A DNA stretch of 64,000 bases, taken from the NCBI GenBank assembly GCA_039000165.1, contig JAWBTW010000005.1, positions 981-64,980 of the forward strand, in the 5' to 3' direction. The stretch comes from Candidatus Aenigmatarchaeota archaeon. GTDB taxonomy: Archaea > Aenigmatarchaeota > Aenigmatarchaeia > CG10238-14 > SCSR01. A program made the translations under genes and the position numbers. The notes under the pieces are model-generated. The model ran no database searches, was not told the origin of the DNA, and saw only the letters and a list, made by a program, of their open reading frames with translations. Below, one piece after another: positions 27,997 to 38,262 of the stretch. Positions within the stretch are counted from its first letter, which is position 1. Every line of letters begins with the position of its first letter.

Positions 27997-28703
27997 ATGT
28001 CTTCCCTCTTTATTATTTTTGATTCAAAATTACCATGAGTTAAAGATGAAACTTTTTGAAACATTTCGTCTTGTAGACCGGCTAAAACTTCAAAACTTAT
28101 TTCTAAGCTACCGTCTTCGAGCCATTTTTCACTTTTTACTTCAGCACTTTTCTTAATTACAGAAAAGACTTTTGAGGCATAATTAGGAGGAATTTTAAAT
28201 TGTAAAGTAACCTTTTGAAATTTTATAGGTAAAACAGCTTTTATCTCTTTTAAAACTTTATCGACTTGTAACTCGGCATCAATAAAAGGATCGATGTTTA
28301 TTCCAACTTGTTCCATAGCTTTTAAAATTCTTTGAGGGGGATGAGGAGTATTAGTTTGGGGGTTAATTCCTTTTCTTGAAATTATGTTTGCTATTTGAAT
28401 CTTTTTCTGTTCAACCATTTGTCTTCTTTGTTCGGTTGTTAATTGTAGCTCGCCTTCCTTTATGATTCTTTCAGCAATTTTGAAGATATCAGTAGTACCA
28501 AAAAATTTTTGAAGCTCACTTTCAGGCACACATTCTGTACTTCTTACGTCACGATAAATTGCTGGGTAAGCTAAAATTTCATCCATGCTTATCTTTGCCC
28601 CTTTCTTAAATTCTAAAGCCTTAAAAGGGTCTACCAAAATTTCAAATTTTCTTCCTGCAATAAATAGCCTTGAGACTACAGCCTTATCTATACTTACGCT
28701 CAA
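27993..28703 (-). CDS. Ribosome maturation factor SBDS/Sdo1
   Basis: FEILVDP, FGTTD, GELQLTTEQRR, INPQTNTPHPPQRI. Confidence 0.96.
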   Translation of the reverse strand: MSVSIDKAVVSRLFIAGRKFEILVDPFKALEFKKGAKISMDEILAYPAIYRDVRSTECVPESELQKFFGTTDIFKIAERIIKEGELQLTTEQRRQMVEQKKIQIANIISRKGINPQTNTPHPPQRILKAMEQVGINIDPFIDAELQVDKVLKEIKAVLPIKFQKVTLQFKIPPNYASKVFSVIKKSAEVKSEKWLEDGSLEISFEVLAGLQDEMFQKVSSLTHGNFESKIIKREDI

Positions 28704-28707
28704 GGAA

Positions 28708-29418
28708 TCACTTTAAAATCTTCTTTATTTCTTCCTCACTTAACTTTTTAAATCTTTCCCCTTTCTTGATTATTGCGATATCTATTGCATTTTCTTTTTT
28801 CTCTTTTTCTGTTTTGCTTATGATGTCTATAGTTAAGTCTATAGCTTCTTTTTCGCTTAGTTCCTGCTTCCATTTTTGTTTTAATATCTTGTTTGCTATC
28901 ATTCCACCTCTTCCTATGGCATAAGCATACCATTCGTAAAGCATTCCTGAAGGGTCCGACTCTATTAGATGCATGCCAGTTTTATCTACTCCACCAATCA
29001 AAAAAGAAACTCCAAATGGTCTTAATCCTGCATACAAGGTTGAAAGTTGCATTCTATCACCAATAACTCTTGCCAAACTCCAAACATCTATAGGTTCGTC
29101 ATAAGTAATTCTGTGAACTTGAGCTTTAATCCTTGCTTGATTTGCTAGAATTCTCGCATCTGCTAGTAAACCAGAAGCTACTGCCCCTATATGTTCGTCT
29201 ATTTTAAAAATCTTTTCTATACTTTGAGAAACCATTAAGCTTGCTGTCGGTTTTACTGTTGCTAGTAAAACACCATCTTTAAAAACAATTCCTAAACAAG
29301 TGGTTCCTCTCTTTACAGCTTCTTTAGCATACTCTACCTGGAAAAGTCTGCCGTCAGGTGAAAATACAGCTATAGTTCTGTCGTAACCCATGTACTCAGG
29401 CATTATTTCTACCATCAC
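28708..29418 (-). CDS. psmA: Proteasome alpha subunit
   Basis: GYDRTIAVFSPDGRLFQVEYAKEAV, RPFGVS. Confidence 0.97.
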   Translation of the reverse strand: MMVEIMPEYMGYDRTIAVFSPDGRLFQVEYAKEAVKRGTTCLGIVFKDGVLLATVKPTASLMVSQSIEKIFKIDEHIGAVASGLLADARILANQARIKAQVHRITYDEPIDVWSLARVIGDRMQLSTLYAGLRPFGVSFLIGGVDKTGMHLIESDPSGMLYEWYAYAIGRGGMIANKILKQKWKQELSEKEAIDLTIDIISKTEKEKKENAIDIAIIKKGERFKKLSEEEIKKILK

Positions 29419-29451
29419 ATCACCTACTTTTACCTCCTTCTTCTGGTTTTA

Positions 29452-29475
29452 AATAAATTAGTTACATAATTTATT
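29452..29475. promoter_or_regulatory. Inverted repeat AATAAATTA-N6-TAATTTATT upstream of psmA
   Basis: Read directly in the Pop5-psmA spacer; possible operator, but the background is AT-rich. Confidence 0.3.
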
Positions 29476-29522
29476 AAGTTTTAACCTTTTAAAAGGATTT
29501 GTTACCAGCTAAAATGTTGCAC

Positions 29523-29876
29523 TTAGGTCTGTTTTAGTCTTAACCCTTTTATAGTTCCAGAAACTCTTAAAATCTTTGGGACTATTCTTACATCCCCTAA
29601 ACGGGGAATTAAACTTAAGCAAACTATAGCTTTCGTGACAGATTTACTATTAGTTCTTAAAACTCCTAATTGTTCTTTTTCATTGTATAAATTCTTGATT
29701 AACCATAGGCCTGTTCTTGAAATCCCATGTTCACCAAAAAAATCCAAAGCAGATTCCCAAAGCGCGTTTTCTAGGTCTGAATAACTTATCGGTTCTTCAG
29801 AAATTATTTGAAAGGCTATGTATCTTTCTTTTTCTCTTAAAGTTGGAGGTAAAATTTTTAACTTTTTAACTTTCAT
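29523..29876 (-). CDS. rnp2: RNase P protein Pop5/Rpp14
   Basis: LPPTLREKERYIAF, FFGEHG, VSGTIKGL; ATGA overlap with the Rpp30 stop. Confidence 0.93.
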   Translation of the reverse strand: MKVKKLKILPPTLREKERYIAFQIISEEPISYSDLENALWESALDFFGEHGISRTGLWLIKNLYNEKEQLGVLRTNSKSVTKAIVCLSLIPRLGDVRIVPKILRVSGTIKGLRLKQT

Positions 29877-30589
29877 CTTACCACTTTCACACCAGGCATT
29901 ATCCAATTCTCACTTTTTCTTTCTTTAATTTTCTTTATAATTTCTTGAGGTATTCTTGAAACGGCTTCCTTAGCTTCCCTCATTTCTAACCCCAACTCAC
30001 ATCCGAAAGAAATTAAGGAATAAGGGTCACGCATCTCAAAATGATTTATTGCTCCGGAACAAATTATTAAAGGAGCCTTATACTTTTTAGCAAGTTTTAT
30101 GTTTTGTTGAACATTTCTCAAAATCAAACATCTTGTTCTTTTTGTCGTGAACAATATTTCCCTAAAATTTATTTCTATAGCAGTAGAGTTTTTTGCAGCA
30201 AGTTTTGCTAAGATATGATTCAAACCAGAATCTTGTCTCCCTAATTCAGGATGAGTTAAAATATCAACTTCTGGAGTTTCGCAAGCTTCCCTGTTCAATT
30301 CTAAATCCCCTCCCCTAACAAGTAAGATATCAAATTCTTTTCTTCTTTTAGCTAAACTTTTAAGTTCTCTTAAGTTTCTTGCTTCGAACCCGAGAAAAAT
30401 CTCTATTCCAACATCTTTCTTTATTCTTTCTATTTCACTTTTTAGAATTTCTTCTTCCTTTTTACTTAGAGGGTAGACAGTAAAGCAAAAGCCAGAATAG
30501 CCAAGTCTTTTTGCCATGCTGGCCAATTCTTCTAGGGTTGATTCTCCCCCACTAAATACAGAATGAACATGAAAGTCAAAAAATTTCAT
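29873..30589 (-). CDS. rnp3: RNase P protein Rpp30
   Basis: DFHVH PHP fold, GGDLELNR, DILTHPE, CSGA, IMPGV; conserved superoperon position. Confidence 0.93.
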   Translation of the reverse strand: MKFFDFHVHSVFSGGESTLEELASMAKRLGYSGFCFTVYPLSKKEEEILKSEIERIKKDVGIEIFLGFEARNLRELKSLAKRRKEFDILLVRGGDLELNREACETPEVDILTHPELGRQDSGLNHILAKLAAKNSTAIEINFREILFTTKRTRCLILRNVQQNIKLAKKYKAPLIICSGAINHFEMRDPYSLISFGCELGLEMREAKEAVSRIPQEIIKKIKERKSENWIMPGVKVVR

Positions 30590-30654
30590 AATTAGAATTT
30601 AGTTTAATACTTAAAATTTTCAACTTACCCTAAATTTTTCGCAAAATCAAAATT

Positions 30655-31176
30655 TTATTTAAGCCCTCTTGCCTTTTTTCCAGCAGAAGTTAATCCTCTA
30701 AAAACTCTTTTTCTGTTTGCCGGCGAGCAAATCCAATTTATTTTTGGGTCAGCTTTTATGTTTGGATGATGAGGGTCAACTAAAATTACTTCGAAGTACT
30801 TGTATTTTCCGTCTTCTGCAACGTAGTAAGAGTTTAAAACTTCTAGGTTTGGGAACTTTCTTTGCGCTTTTTCTTCTGCTATTTGTCTTAAAGATTTTTT
30901 CGGTGTGAACTTGACTAGACCAGCTTTGCTTGGTTTTCTTCCCCCTCTTCCGTAAAGTCTTCTTCTTCTACCACCTTTTCTTACTTTAACCCTTGCTAAA
31001 ACAAAACCTTTTTTAGCTTTATAGCCCAAAGCTCTTGCTCTATCCAAGCGAGTAGGTTTTTCTATTCTTTCAACAGTATGTTGTTTTCTCCATTCGACTA
31101 ATTTTTCCTTTATAACTTTTTCTAAACTTCCTGATTTCCAAGCTTCTCTTAAATGCTGATAAAGTCCTTTTGCCAT
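30655..31176 (-). CDS. rpl15e: 50S ribosomal protein L15e
   Basis: [32 protein letters not shown]. Confidence 0.98.
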   Translation of the reverse strand: MAKGLYQHLREAWKSGSLEKVIKEKLVEWRKQHTVERIEKPTRLDRARALGYKAKKGFVLARVKVRKGGRRRRLYGRGGRKPSKAGLVKFTPKKSLRQIAEEKAQRKFPNLEVLNSYYVAEDGKYKYFEVILVDPHHPNIKADPKINWICSPANRKRVFRGLTSAGKKARGLK

Positions 31177-31242
31177 GGTTAAAACCTTGTCTTCTTAAAC
31201 ATTTAAATATTCTTTTATATTAAAATCTTTAAAGGTGATAAA

Positions 31243-31494
31243 TTGCACCCAGCAATAAAAATAATAATTGGTTTGCTACTAATAGTAGCTAGTGTCTACT
31301 ACATCATCAACGGAGTTCCAGGATATTTTGAACCAGGATGGCCAGCTTTGTTAACAGTTCTCAAAGGTGTTATTCCCTTAGGAGTTCTTTTAATAGGAGT
31401 TTTTATAGTTTGGCTGGAGTGGGACGAACTAAGAATAGAGAGAGAACTTAAAGCAGAAGAAGAAAAACCAACAAAAAGAAAAACCAAAAAATAG
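31243..31494 (+). CDS. Small two-TM membrane protein
   Basis: Two hydrophobic segments, charged tail, AGGTGA SD before TTG. Confidence 0.7.
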   Translation: MHPAIKIIIGLLLIVASVYYIINGVPGYFEPGWPALLTVLKGVIPLGVLLIGVFIVWLEWDELRIERELKAEEEKPTKRKTKK

Positions 31495-31539
31495 AACTTT
31501 TCCATTCTTTTTATTTTTACCAATTTTATTAGTGGTATT

Positions 31540-32562
31540 ATGGGAGTTCAACTTTCTGATTTGTTGCCAAGCAAAGAAATTGAGCTCGAGCATTTATCAG
31601 GCAAAAGAATTGCTATCGACGCTTACAACACTCTCTACCAATTTTTATCAATAATAAGAGATAGGATGACAGGTGAGCCTTTAAGAGATAGCGAAGGAAG
31701 AACGACTTCTCACCTTTCAGGTTTGTTCTACAGAACTTCTAACCTGGTAGAAGCAGGAATTAAACCTGTTTTTGTTTTTGATGGCAAGCCTCCTGAATTT
31801 AAGAAAAAAACGATAGAGAAAAGGGAAAAATCTAAAGAAGAAGCAAGAAGAAAATGGGAAGAAGCTTTAGAAAGGGGAGAAGAAGCAATTACTTATGCTC
31901 AAGCAACAGCAGTCTTAACAGAGGAAATGGTGGAAGATTCAAAAAAACTTTTGGAATATATGGGAATTCCATGGGTTCAAGCACTGAGCGAAGGTGAAGC
32001 TCAATGCGCTTATATGTGTAAGAAAGGCTCTGTAGATTTTACCGCTTCTCAAGATTTTGACAGCTTGCTTTTCGGTTCGCCTCGTTTAGTTAGAAACTTA
32101 TCTATAACCGGAAAAAGAAAATTACCCAGGAAAGAGGTTTACATCGAGATTAAGCCTGAAATAATAGAATTGGAACAGTCCCTAAAAACTCTAGGGATAA
32201 CTCAAGAGCAACTCATAATAATTGGAATTTTGGTTGGTACAGACTATGCAGAAGGAATAAAAGGAGTTGGACCAAAAACTGCTCTAAAGCTTGTAAAAGA
32301 ACACCAAACCTTAGAAAAAATTTTAAAAAATGTGGAATGGAAAGCTGAAGTTGATGCAGAAGATATTTTTAATTTCTTTATCAAACCTCCTGTTACTGAT
32401 AAGTATAAGATTGAGTGGAAAGAACCAAACAGAGAAAAAATATTAGAGTTTATGGTAGAGGAGCACGACTTTTCTAGAGAAAGGGTAGAAAAAGTTGTTG
32501 ATAAGCTAGAGCAAGCTTTTGCTTCTGGAAGGCAAACGAGCTTGAAAGGTTGGTTCAAATAA
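31540..32562 (+). CDS. fen: Flap endonuclease 1
   Basis: [33 protein letters not shown]-terminal PIP box QTSLKGWF. Confidence 0.98.
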   Translation: MGVQLSDLLPSKEIELEHLSGKRIAIDAYNTLYQFLSIIRDRMTGEPLRDSEGRTTSHLSGLFYRTSNLVEAGIKPVFVFDGKPPEFKKKTIEKREKSKEEARRKWEEALERGEEAITYAQATAVLTEEMVEDSKKLLEYMGIPWVQALSEGEAQCAYMCKKGSVDFTASQDFDSLLFGSPRLVRNLSITGKRKLPRKEVYIEIKPEIIELEQSLKTLGITQEQLIIIGILVGTDYAEGIKGVGPKTALKLVKEHQTLEKILKNVEWKAEVDAEDIFNFFIKPPVTDKYKIEWKEPNREKILEFMVEEHDFSRERVEKVVDKLEQAFASGRQTSLKGWFK

Positions 32563-32797
32563 AAATTTTTGTAAAATCCTAATTTTGTTTAAAAAATCAT
32601 TTTATCCTATAAAAAACCAAACTCTTTTTTCTGACTTAATAATCTTCTTAACTTTTTATCCTCAAATTTCTCTTATATACTTGAATTATTGTTGGCCAAG
32701 AGCCTTACTAAACTAATCCATTGTTTTTAACTCTCAAATTCTAGCAAAAATGGATAGTATAACAATAATATTAATTTGTTTAATTATATTTGAAATT

Positions 32798-34291
32798 ATG
32801 GATGTGGAAAAGATTATAGCTATAGCAAAAAGGAGAGGCTTTATTTTCCCTAGTTCAGAAATTTATGGTGGCCTCTCTGGATTTTACGATTATGGACCTT
32901 TAGGAGTTTTGATGAAGAAAAAAATAGAAAACTTTTGGCGAGAATCTTTTGTTAAACAAGATAACATTTTTGAAGTTGAAACTTGCACCATTATGCACGA
33001 GCAAGTTTGGAAAGCTTCGGGTCATCTAAAAGATTTTATAGATCCTTTAACTACATGTAAAAAATGCAAATCAACTTTTAGGGCTGATGAATTAATAAAG
33101 GATTTAACAGGCAAATCTCTCGAAGGAGCAAAGCCAGAAGAGCTTACAGAAATTATAAAAAAAGAAAAATTGAAATGTCCAAAATGTAAAGGCGAATTAA
33201 GCGATGTTAAAGTTTTTAATTTGATGCTTTCGACACAAGTTGGGCCAGTAGAGGGGAATATAGCTTACTTAAGACCAGAAACTGCTCAAGGAATTTTTGT
33301 CAATTTTAAGAATATATTAAATTCAACAAGAGCAAAACTTCCTTTTGGTGTTGCCCAAGTTGGGAATTCTTATAGGAATGAAATTTCTCCAAGACAATTT
33401 CTCCTAAGGATGAGGGAATTTAGACAAATGGAAATTGAATACTTCTTTAACCCAGAAAAAGCAAACGAGTTCGAAAAATTTGAAGAAGTTGCGAAAACAA
33501 AGATAAGAATTCTGACAAGAGAAGAACAGAAAAAAGAAGGAAAAGTTTTAGAAGTTACTGCAGAAGAAGCTGTAGAGCAAAACATTTTACCGAACAAAAT
33601 CATGGCCTATTTTCTTGCAAAAGAATTTTTATGGTATCAAAAGCTTGGAATTCCTTTTAAGTCCTTAAGGTTTAGGCACATGCTTCCTGAAGAAACTCCT
33701 CATTATTCTAAAGGAAATTTTGATTTAGAGATAGAGTTTGACTTTGGTTGGAAAGAGGTTGTTGGAAATGCTTACAGAAGTGATTATGACTTAAGCTCGC
33801 ACGCAAAACTTTCTGGAGAAGATTTTTCAGTCCTAGAAGATGGAAAGAAAATAATTCCTCATGTAGTTGAGCCAAGTTTTGGGATTGACAGAACAATTTA
33901 TGCAATTTTGCTTCATTGCTTTGTTGAAGATAAGAAAAGAGGTTGGGATTGGTTTAGGTTTCCGGCAAGAATCGCTCCTTATAGCATAGCAGTTTTTCCT
34001 TTGGTAAGTAAAGATGGCTTGCCTGAAAAAGCTAAAGAAGTATTTAATCAGCTTAAAAATTGTTTTGATGTTTTTTATGATGAGTCAGGAAGTATAGGAA
34101 AAAGATATGCAAGGGCAGACGAAATAGGTATACCTTTTGGTGTTACAATAGATTATCAAACTTTAAAAGATAATACTGTTACCATTCGATCAAGAGATAC
34201 AACAGAGCAAGTTAGAGTAAAGATAGAAAATTTAGCAAGTGCTATTTGGAAATTGATTTATGAGGAAAAAAGTTTAAAAGAAATAGTTTAA
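32798..34291 (+). CDS. glyS: Glycine--tRNA ligase (homodimeric type)
   Basis: KRRGF, YDYGPLG, LRPETAQG, RNEISPR, EPSFGIDR, GKRYARADEIG; start at ATG 32798. Confidence 0.97.
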   Translation: MDVEKIIAIAKRRGFIFPSSEIYGGLSGFYDYGPLGVLMKKKIENFWRESFVKQDNIFEVETCTIMHEQVWKASGHLKDFIDPLTTCKKCKSTFRADELIKDLTGKSLEGAKPEELTEIIKKEKLKCPKCKGELSDVKVFNLMLSTQVGPVEGNIAYLRPETAQGIFVNFKNILNSTRAKLPFGVAQVGNSYRNEISPRQFLLRMREFRQMEIEYFFNPEKANEFEKFEEVAKTKIRILTREEQKKEGKVLEVTAEEAVEQNILPNKIMAYFLAKEFLWYQKLGIPFKSLRFRHMLPEETPHYSKGNFDLEIEFDFGWKEVVGNAYRSDYDLSSHAKLSGEDFSVLEDGKKIIPHVVEPSFGIDRTIYAILLHCFVEDKKRGWDWFRFPARIAPYSIAVFPLVSKDGLPEKAKEVFNQLKNCFDVFYDESGSIGKRYARADEIGIPFGVTIDYQTLKDNTVTIRSRDTTEQVRVKIENLASAIWKLIYEEKSLKEIV

Positions 34292-34638
34292 GCTGCTTTT
34301 CCTCTAAAAACTCTGGCAAAATCAGGGGTCAGAATTAAGAAGTCTTCATCCACTCCTACCATATCTCCATTCATAGCCAAACAAGTTTTTTTCAGTCTTT
34401 CAACACATCTTTTCAATTCGGTTATATCTTTATTCCTTAACTCTTTTATCTTAAGAAAAACAACATTTCCTTCTCTCAAAAGCTGTTGAATTTTTTCGGT
34501 GTCAACAAATCCGGTAAGGTTTTCAACTTTTATTTTTATTCTTTTGTCTTCTTCTATAAGGGCTGTATCCAACTCTAAGAATTCTTCCTTTTCTTCTTTA
34601 ACTGGTTTGATTTTCTGAAGGAAATCTTTTAGGACCAT
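34288..34638 (-). CDS. sepF: Cell division protein SepF (archaeal)
   Basis: LREGNVVFLKI, ELKRCVERLK, GDMVGVDEDFLILTP. Confidence 0.88.
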   Translation of the reverse strand: MVLKDFLQKIKPVKEEKEEFLELDTALIEEDKRIKIKVENLTGFVDTEKIQQLLREGNVVFLKIKELRNKDITELKRCVERLKKTCLAMNGDMVGVDEDFLILTPDFARVFRGKAA

Positions 34639-34677
34639 CTTAATCTATTAATAATTATTCTTTTTAACTTTAAATAT

Positions 34678-34941
34678 TTAGCTAAGGTTTCTTCTTGCCC
34701 CTTCTAGCAAGCTAACAATATTCCATATTTGTGTTCTTGTATACATCGGCATGTTCGGGTCATTAATTATTTCATCCAAAATGCTTATCGCTGTGCTTAT
34801 TTTAACTTCTGGTGCGTCGTTACTTTTTAAGGCATTTTTTGAATCTTCTGCAGCTTTCCTTATGTTTTTTGGCACTGTCCTGTCATTTATTATTTTTTCT
34901 AACAATGCGATTGCTTGTTCCATTTCTTTCATATTCATCAC
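34678..34941 (-). CDS. UPF0147 family protein
   Basis: DRTVPKNIR, DPNMPMYTRTQIWNIVS. Confidence 0.93.
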   Translation of the reverse strand: MMNMKEMEQAIALLEKIINDRTVPKNIRKAAEDSKNALKSNDAPEVKISTAISILDEIINDPNMPMYTRTQIWNIVSLLEGARRNLS

Positions 34942-35270
34942 TTCAAAACATCTTTTAACTTATTTTGTAATTCTTTCAGCTTATCCTTTATTTTTTCTTC
35001 ACTTTTTTCCAAAGCTTTAATTCTCACTTCCAAATCTTCTTTTGTTTCTTTCAACTCTTCCTTTAACTCTTCAACAGGTCTTAAAACCATTATTTGGCCA
35101 GAAATTTTATAAGCGTTTTTTTCTTTTGTATTGTTTAGCTCTTCTAAAGCTTTTTCAACTTCCATCATTTGAATCTTAACGCTTTCTTTCTGAATTAAAA
35201 TGTTTTGTAACTGTTGCTGATAGGCTTGAAATTGTGCTACTAAATTTTTCGTTTCTTCCGAAACTTCCAT
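34938..35270 (-). CDS. pfdB: Prefoldin beta subunit
   Basis: Coiled coils flanking a YKISGQIMV hairpin. Confidence 0.93.
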   Translation of the reverse strand: MEVSEETKNLVAQFQAYQQQLQNILIQKESVKIQMMEVEKALEELNNTKEKNAYKISGQIMVLRPVEELKEELKETKEDLEVRIKALEKSEEKIKDKLKELQNKLKDVLK

Positions 35271-35296
35271 AGACTCACCTAAAAATTTTCTAATTA

Positions 35297-35425
35297 TTAT
35301 CTTGCCCTGACTCTTTTAATAACTTCTGGCCTAAGTTTGACAAATATTCGATAACCACAATATGGACAACGAATTTTTTCATCAATTTTTGAAACAATTC
35401 TTTTACATTTAACACACTTATACAA
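35297..35425 (-). CDS. rpoP: RNA polymerase subunit P (Rpo12), not in the ORF track
   Basis: Manual translation (TTG) [49 protein letters not shown]; follows L37ae. Confidence 0.95.
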   Translation of the reverse strand: MYKCVKCKRIVSKIDEKIRCPYCGYRIFVKLRPEVIKRVRAR

Positions 35426-35427
35426 GT

Positions 35428-35667
35428 TCACTCCTCCTTTTTCACTATTTCACCTTTTGGATAATAAGCTAAACCTGCAAATTTTGTTCCACATTTTTTA
35501 CATTTCCATATACCGGCTGCAACTCTTTTAACATATGGCATACTACAATTGGGACAAACATGTCTCTGTTTTTGGATTTTTTCTATTTCACTAGCAGTTG
35601 CTCTTAATCTTTTTCCATACCTTGGTCCAAACCTTCCAGTTGTTCCCACTACTTTTTTTCTCCCCAT
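35428..35667 (-). CDS. rpl37ae: 50S ribosomal protein L37ae
   Basis: [24 protein letters not shown]. Confidence 0.97.
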   Translation of the reverse strand: MGRKKVVGTTGRFGPRYGKRLRATASEIEKIQKQRHVCPNCSMPYVKRVAAGIWKCKKCGTKFAGLAYYPKGEIVKKEE

Positions 35668-35671
35668 AATA

Positions 35672-35923
35672 TCACTTTATGATTTTGAAATCTCTTCTTG
35701 AAGATAAACTTTCGAGTATAAGTTTAAGTTGTTCGTCTTTAATTTCACTTTTTATCTTGTTTTGCTGATAAAGCTGAATTAAGTACAATTCAATTTGGGC
35801 AGCAAGTTCAGGCTTAACAAGTCTAATTCTTGCAAGTCTTTCGAAAGCTTCCTTAGATAAAATTTTTTTCAGAACTATTCTCTTTAGTTCTTCTATTTGT
35901 TTTAAATTTTCTACTTCATTCAT
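35672..35923 (-). CDS. PDCD5/TFAR19-like double-stranded DNA-binding protein
   Basis: [27 protein letters not shown]; follows S19e. Confidence 0.92.
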   Translation of the reverse strand: MNEVENLKQIEELKRIVLKKILSKEAFERLARIRLVKPELAAQIELYLIQLYQQNKIKSEIKDEQLKLILESLSSRRDFKIIK

Positions 35924-36345
35924 GTTTTCACTTCCTTGCTTACTTCATAAGCAATATTGTCCAAAAACTTTTGGCCTTTTGGAGTAATTTTCCTACCTTT
36001 TCCTACCTTTTCCACTAGTCCAGCCTTTTCTAGTTGTTGCAAAATTTTCCTTATTATATTTCCCCCAGCTTTTCTGAAATGGGCAGGCTTATGGCCTCTT
36101 CTCTTTCTTCCTCCATAATAAGTTCTCAATCTTTCAACTCCTATTGGGCCATCTAAGTAAATTCTTCTTAGTATGGAGGCTGCTCTTATATACCAAAAGT
36201 CTTCTTGTTCAGGAGGTCTTTCCCTATGCGAGCCTGATTTAACAAACTTGCTCCAAGGTAAAGGTTTTATCTCTTCAAACTTTTTAAGCTCTTCCTTTAC
36301 TTTTTCTATGAGCTTTTGTGCGTTAACTTCTCTTGCTGTAACCAT
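35920..36345 (-). CDS. rps19e: 30S ribosomal protein S19e
   Basis: [37 protein letters not shown]. Confidence 0.98.
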   Translation of the reverse strand: MVTAREVNAQKLIEKVKEELKKFEEIKPLPWSKFVKSGSHRERPPEQEDFWYIRAASILRRIYLDGPIGVERLRTYYGGRKRRGHKPAHFRKAGGNIIRKILQQLEKAGLVEKVGKGRKITPKGQKFLDNIAYEVSKEVKT

Positions 36346-36380
36346 ACATATCCTTTAAGTGCAATAGCTTAAATAATTTT

Positions 36381-36695
36381 TTATCTATAAGGATATCTGT
36401 ATATTTTTTTACAGTTTAAGCATTTAACCTCTACAATTTTTTTCTTGCTTTTTATTCTTACTTGAGAAGAATAGCCAGGGATAAGCAAGAAGTTACAGTT
36501 TTTGCAAAACTTTCTTTTAAGTTCTTTTGGAAGCCTTATGTTATACCTTAGGCCAATTTTCCTTGCTAGCTCAATATAACGTTTACTTCTTTCAGGATGT
36601 TTTTTAAATTCCTTTTCTGCTAAATCAAAAAGAATTTGAATTCTTTCTCTTGCGATTTTTTGCTGCCATTTTGGTTTTCCTGCTCTTATTCTCAT
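36381..36695 (-). CDS. rnp4: RNase P protein Rpp21
   Basis: IARERIQILF, RYIELA, FCKNC..LLIPG, CLNC. Confidence 0.95.
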   Translation of the reverse strand: MRIRAGKPKWQQKIARERIQILFDLAEKEFKKHPERSKRYIELARKIGLRYNIRLPKELKRKFCKNCNFLLIPGYSSQVRIKSKKKIVEVKCLNCKKIYRYPYR

Positions 36696-36808
36696 AAATG
36701 AAATTAAGCAAAGAATAAATTTAAGCGGAAATGGAATTCTAGATTTAGAAATTAAAACAGGAAATTTTTCGTCTAGTAAGAAAGAATAGAAGATGAAAAA
36801 AATAAAAA

Positions 36809-37480
36809 TTAAACCAGTTTCATTGCTTTATATAACATCTTTTCTAGTTTCATCAACTTTTTTTGGTAAGAAGGGGTAGCAAGGTCTATGCTACTTTCTA
36901 AAACTTCTCTAGGGTCAAGGGGTATAGTATAAAGTACATCAGTACTCATAACTGCACCAAGCATAATGCCTGCAAGAAATTTTACTTTGTTAAACTCTTT
37001 TCCGTACCCTAGCTTGACCAATATTTTATCTGAAACGAACTTGAGCTTCTCCAATCTTTTATCTTTTTTAATTTCTTCTTCATTTCTAGGATCATCTGCT
37101 GATAAGCATGCTATTTGATACTCTTCTCCTAAAATTTTTCTAGCATTATAACTTAACCTTGGAACATGCCAATAACTTGAAATTAGGTATACTTTATCGA
37201 TAGGTTCTACGCGAGAAAGTATAAAAAGCAACATCTTACAATAATAAAGGTTAGATAACGTACTGTAAGAAAAAGGTTCTATTATAATATCTTTTCTTTC
37301 AACGCCTTTGGTTAGTATATAAGAAGCAATTGCGTCTGCTTCATTTTTCCCACAAACTATAACTCTATCTACTATAGAATTCTTGTAGGCTTTTATCGCC
37401 ACATCTGCTCTTGCTTTTGTATGAAATTGTAAACTTCGGTCTGGATTAACACCAGCTCCATGAAGTATTCCTACTTTCAT
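36809..37480 (-). CDS. YdcF/DUF218 family protein
   Basis: HGAG, RADVA, EADAI, EPFSYSTLSN, SSYWHVPR; likely start at MKVGILHG. Confidence 0.8.
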   Translation of the reverse strand: MKVGILHGAGVNPDRSLQFHTKARADVAIKAYKNSIVDRVIVCGKNEADAIASYILTKGVERKDIIIEPFSYSTLSNLYYCKMLLFILSRVEPIDKVYLISSYWHVPRLSYNARKILGEEYQIACLSADDPRNEEEIKKDKRLEKLKFVSDKILVKLGYGKEFNKVKFLAGIMLGAVMSTDVLYTIPLDPREVLESSIDLATPSYQKKLMKLEKMLYKAMKLV

Positions 37481-37514
37481 AATATGGTAGGAAAGGTTAA
37501 AGGATTTAAAATTT

Positions 37515-37760
37515 TCATCTAGATTTCCAATACATAACAATGAGGAAAAAAATTACAGTAACAAAGGAAAATAATATCCAAACAGAAAATTCAGGAACAG
37601 TTACATGATATCCTGCAATTGATGGTTCCTGGGTAATCCATATAAATTTACCTTGTAAAGAGGAAGTAAAAACTAAACTAATAACTGACACTACAACTAA
37701 AAGTGAAACTACTATACTTCTCTTATGAAATTTCCAAACTTCCTTTAATATTTCTTTCAT
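37515..37760 (-). CDS. Small two-TM membrane protein
   Basis: Two hydrophobic helices; ATGA overlap with the upstream gene. Confidence 0.65.
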   Translation of the reverse strand: MKEILKEVWKFHKRSIVVSLLVVVSVISLVFTSSLQGKFIWITQEPSIAGYHVTVPEFSVWILFSFVTVIFFLIVMYWKSR

Positions 37761-38158
37761 TTAAACCAGCCTAGCTCTATATCACATATTTGGTGGACTA
37801 ACAGATTAATTCCAACAATTAAGGAATATTGTGGAAAAAGATTTAAGGTTAGTGAATATATCAAAAGTGAGATTATAGCATGAAAAATTGTTCTACTCCA
37901 AGAAGGATAATTCAATTTTCCATCTTTATAAAATTCAGCAAATAATTTACTAGGCATATATTTCTCCCTTAAAATTATTTTTATCGTACTTTTTCCTCTT
38001 GTCATAAGAGAGTATAAAAGATGATCTAAGTCTATTAAAGTGCCAGAAATCACACCTAGAATTATCCAAATTATACCATTTTGAATATCTAAACCAAGGT
38101 ATGCGGTTACTATGTAAGAAATTACTAAACTTATGGCTGTATGTTGCCAGAAATACAT
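37757..38158 (-). CDS. Membrane-bound metal-dependent hydrolase (YdjM-like)
   Basis: H near the N-terminus, IDLDH, TIFH and HQICD metal-ligand pattern within TM helices. Confidence 0.75.
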   Translation of the reverse strand: MYFWQHTAISLVISYIVTAYLGLDIQNGIIWIILGVISGTLIDLDHLLYSLMTRGKSTIKIILREKYMPSKLFAEFYKDGKLNYPSWSRTIFHAIISLLIYSLTLNLFPQYSLIVGINLLVHQICDIELGWFK

Positions 38159-38262
38159 ATTAAAAATTTAAAGTCATAAGATAAAATAAGTTTTCTTCGC
38201 TACTGTAGAATTTTTTATTATTTTTGACACATTAGTTGTTGAGAACTGTACTCTAAGTAACA

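Noticed and set aside
32563..32797. Pseudogene or ncRNA in the fen-glyS spacer
   Set aside because: Only short stop-interrupted frames with no recognisable motif or GC-rich structure.
36700..38262. Integrated element at tRNA-Pro with an att duplication
   Set aside because: No repeat of the tRNA 3' end and no integrase found by eye.
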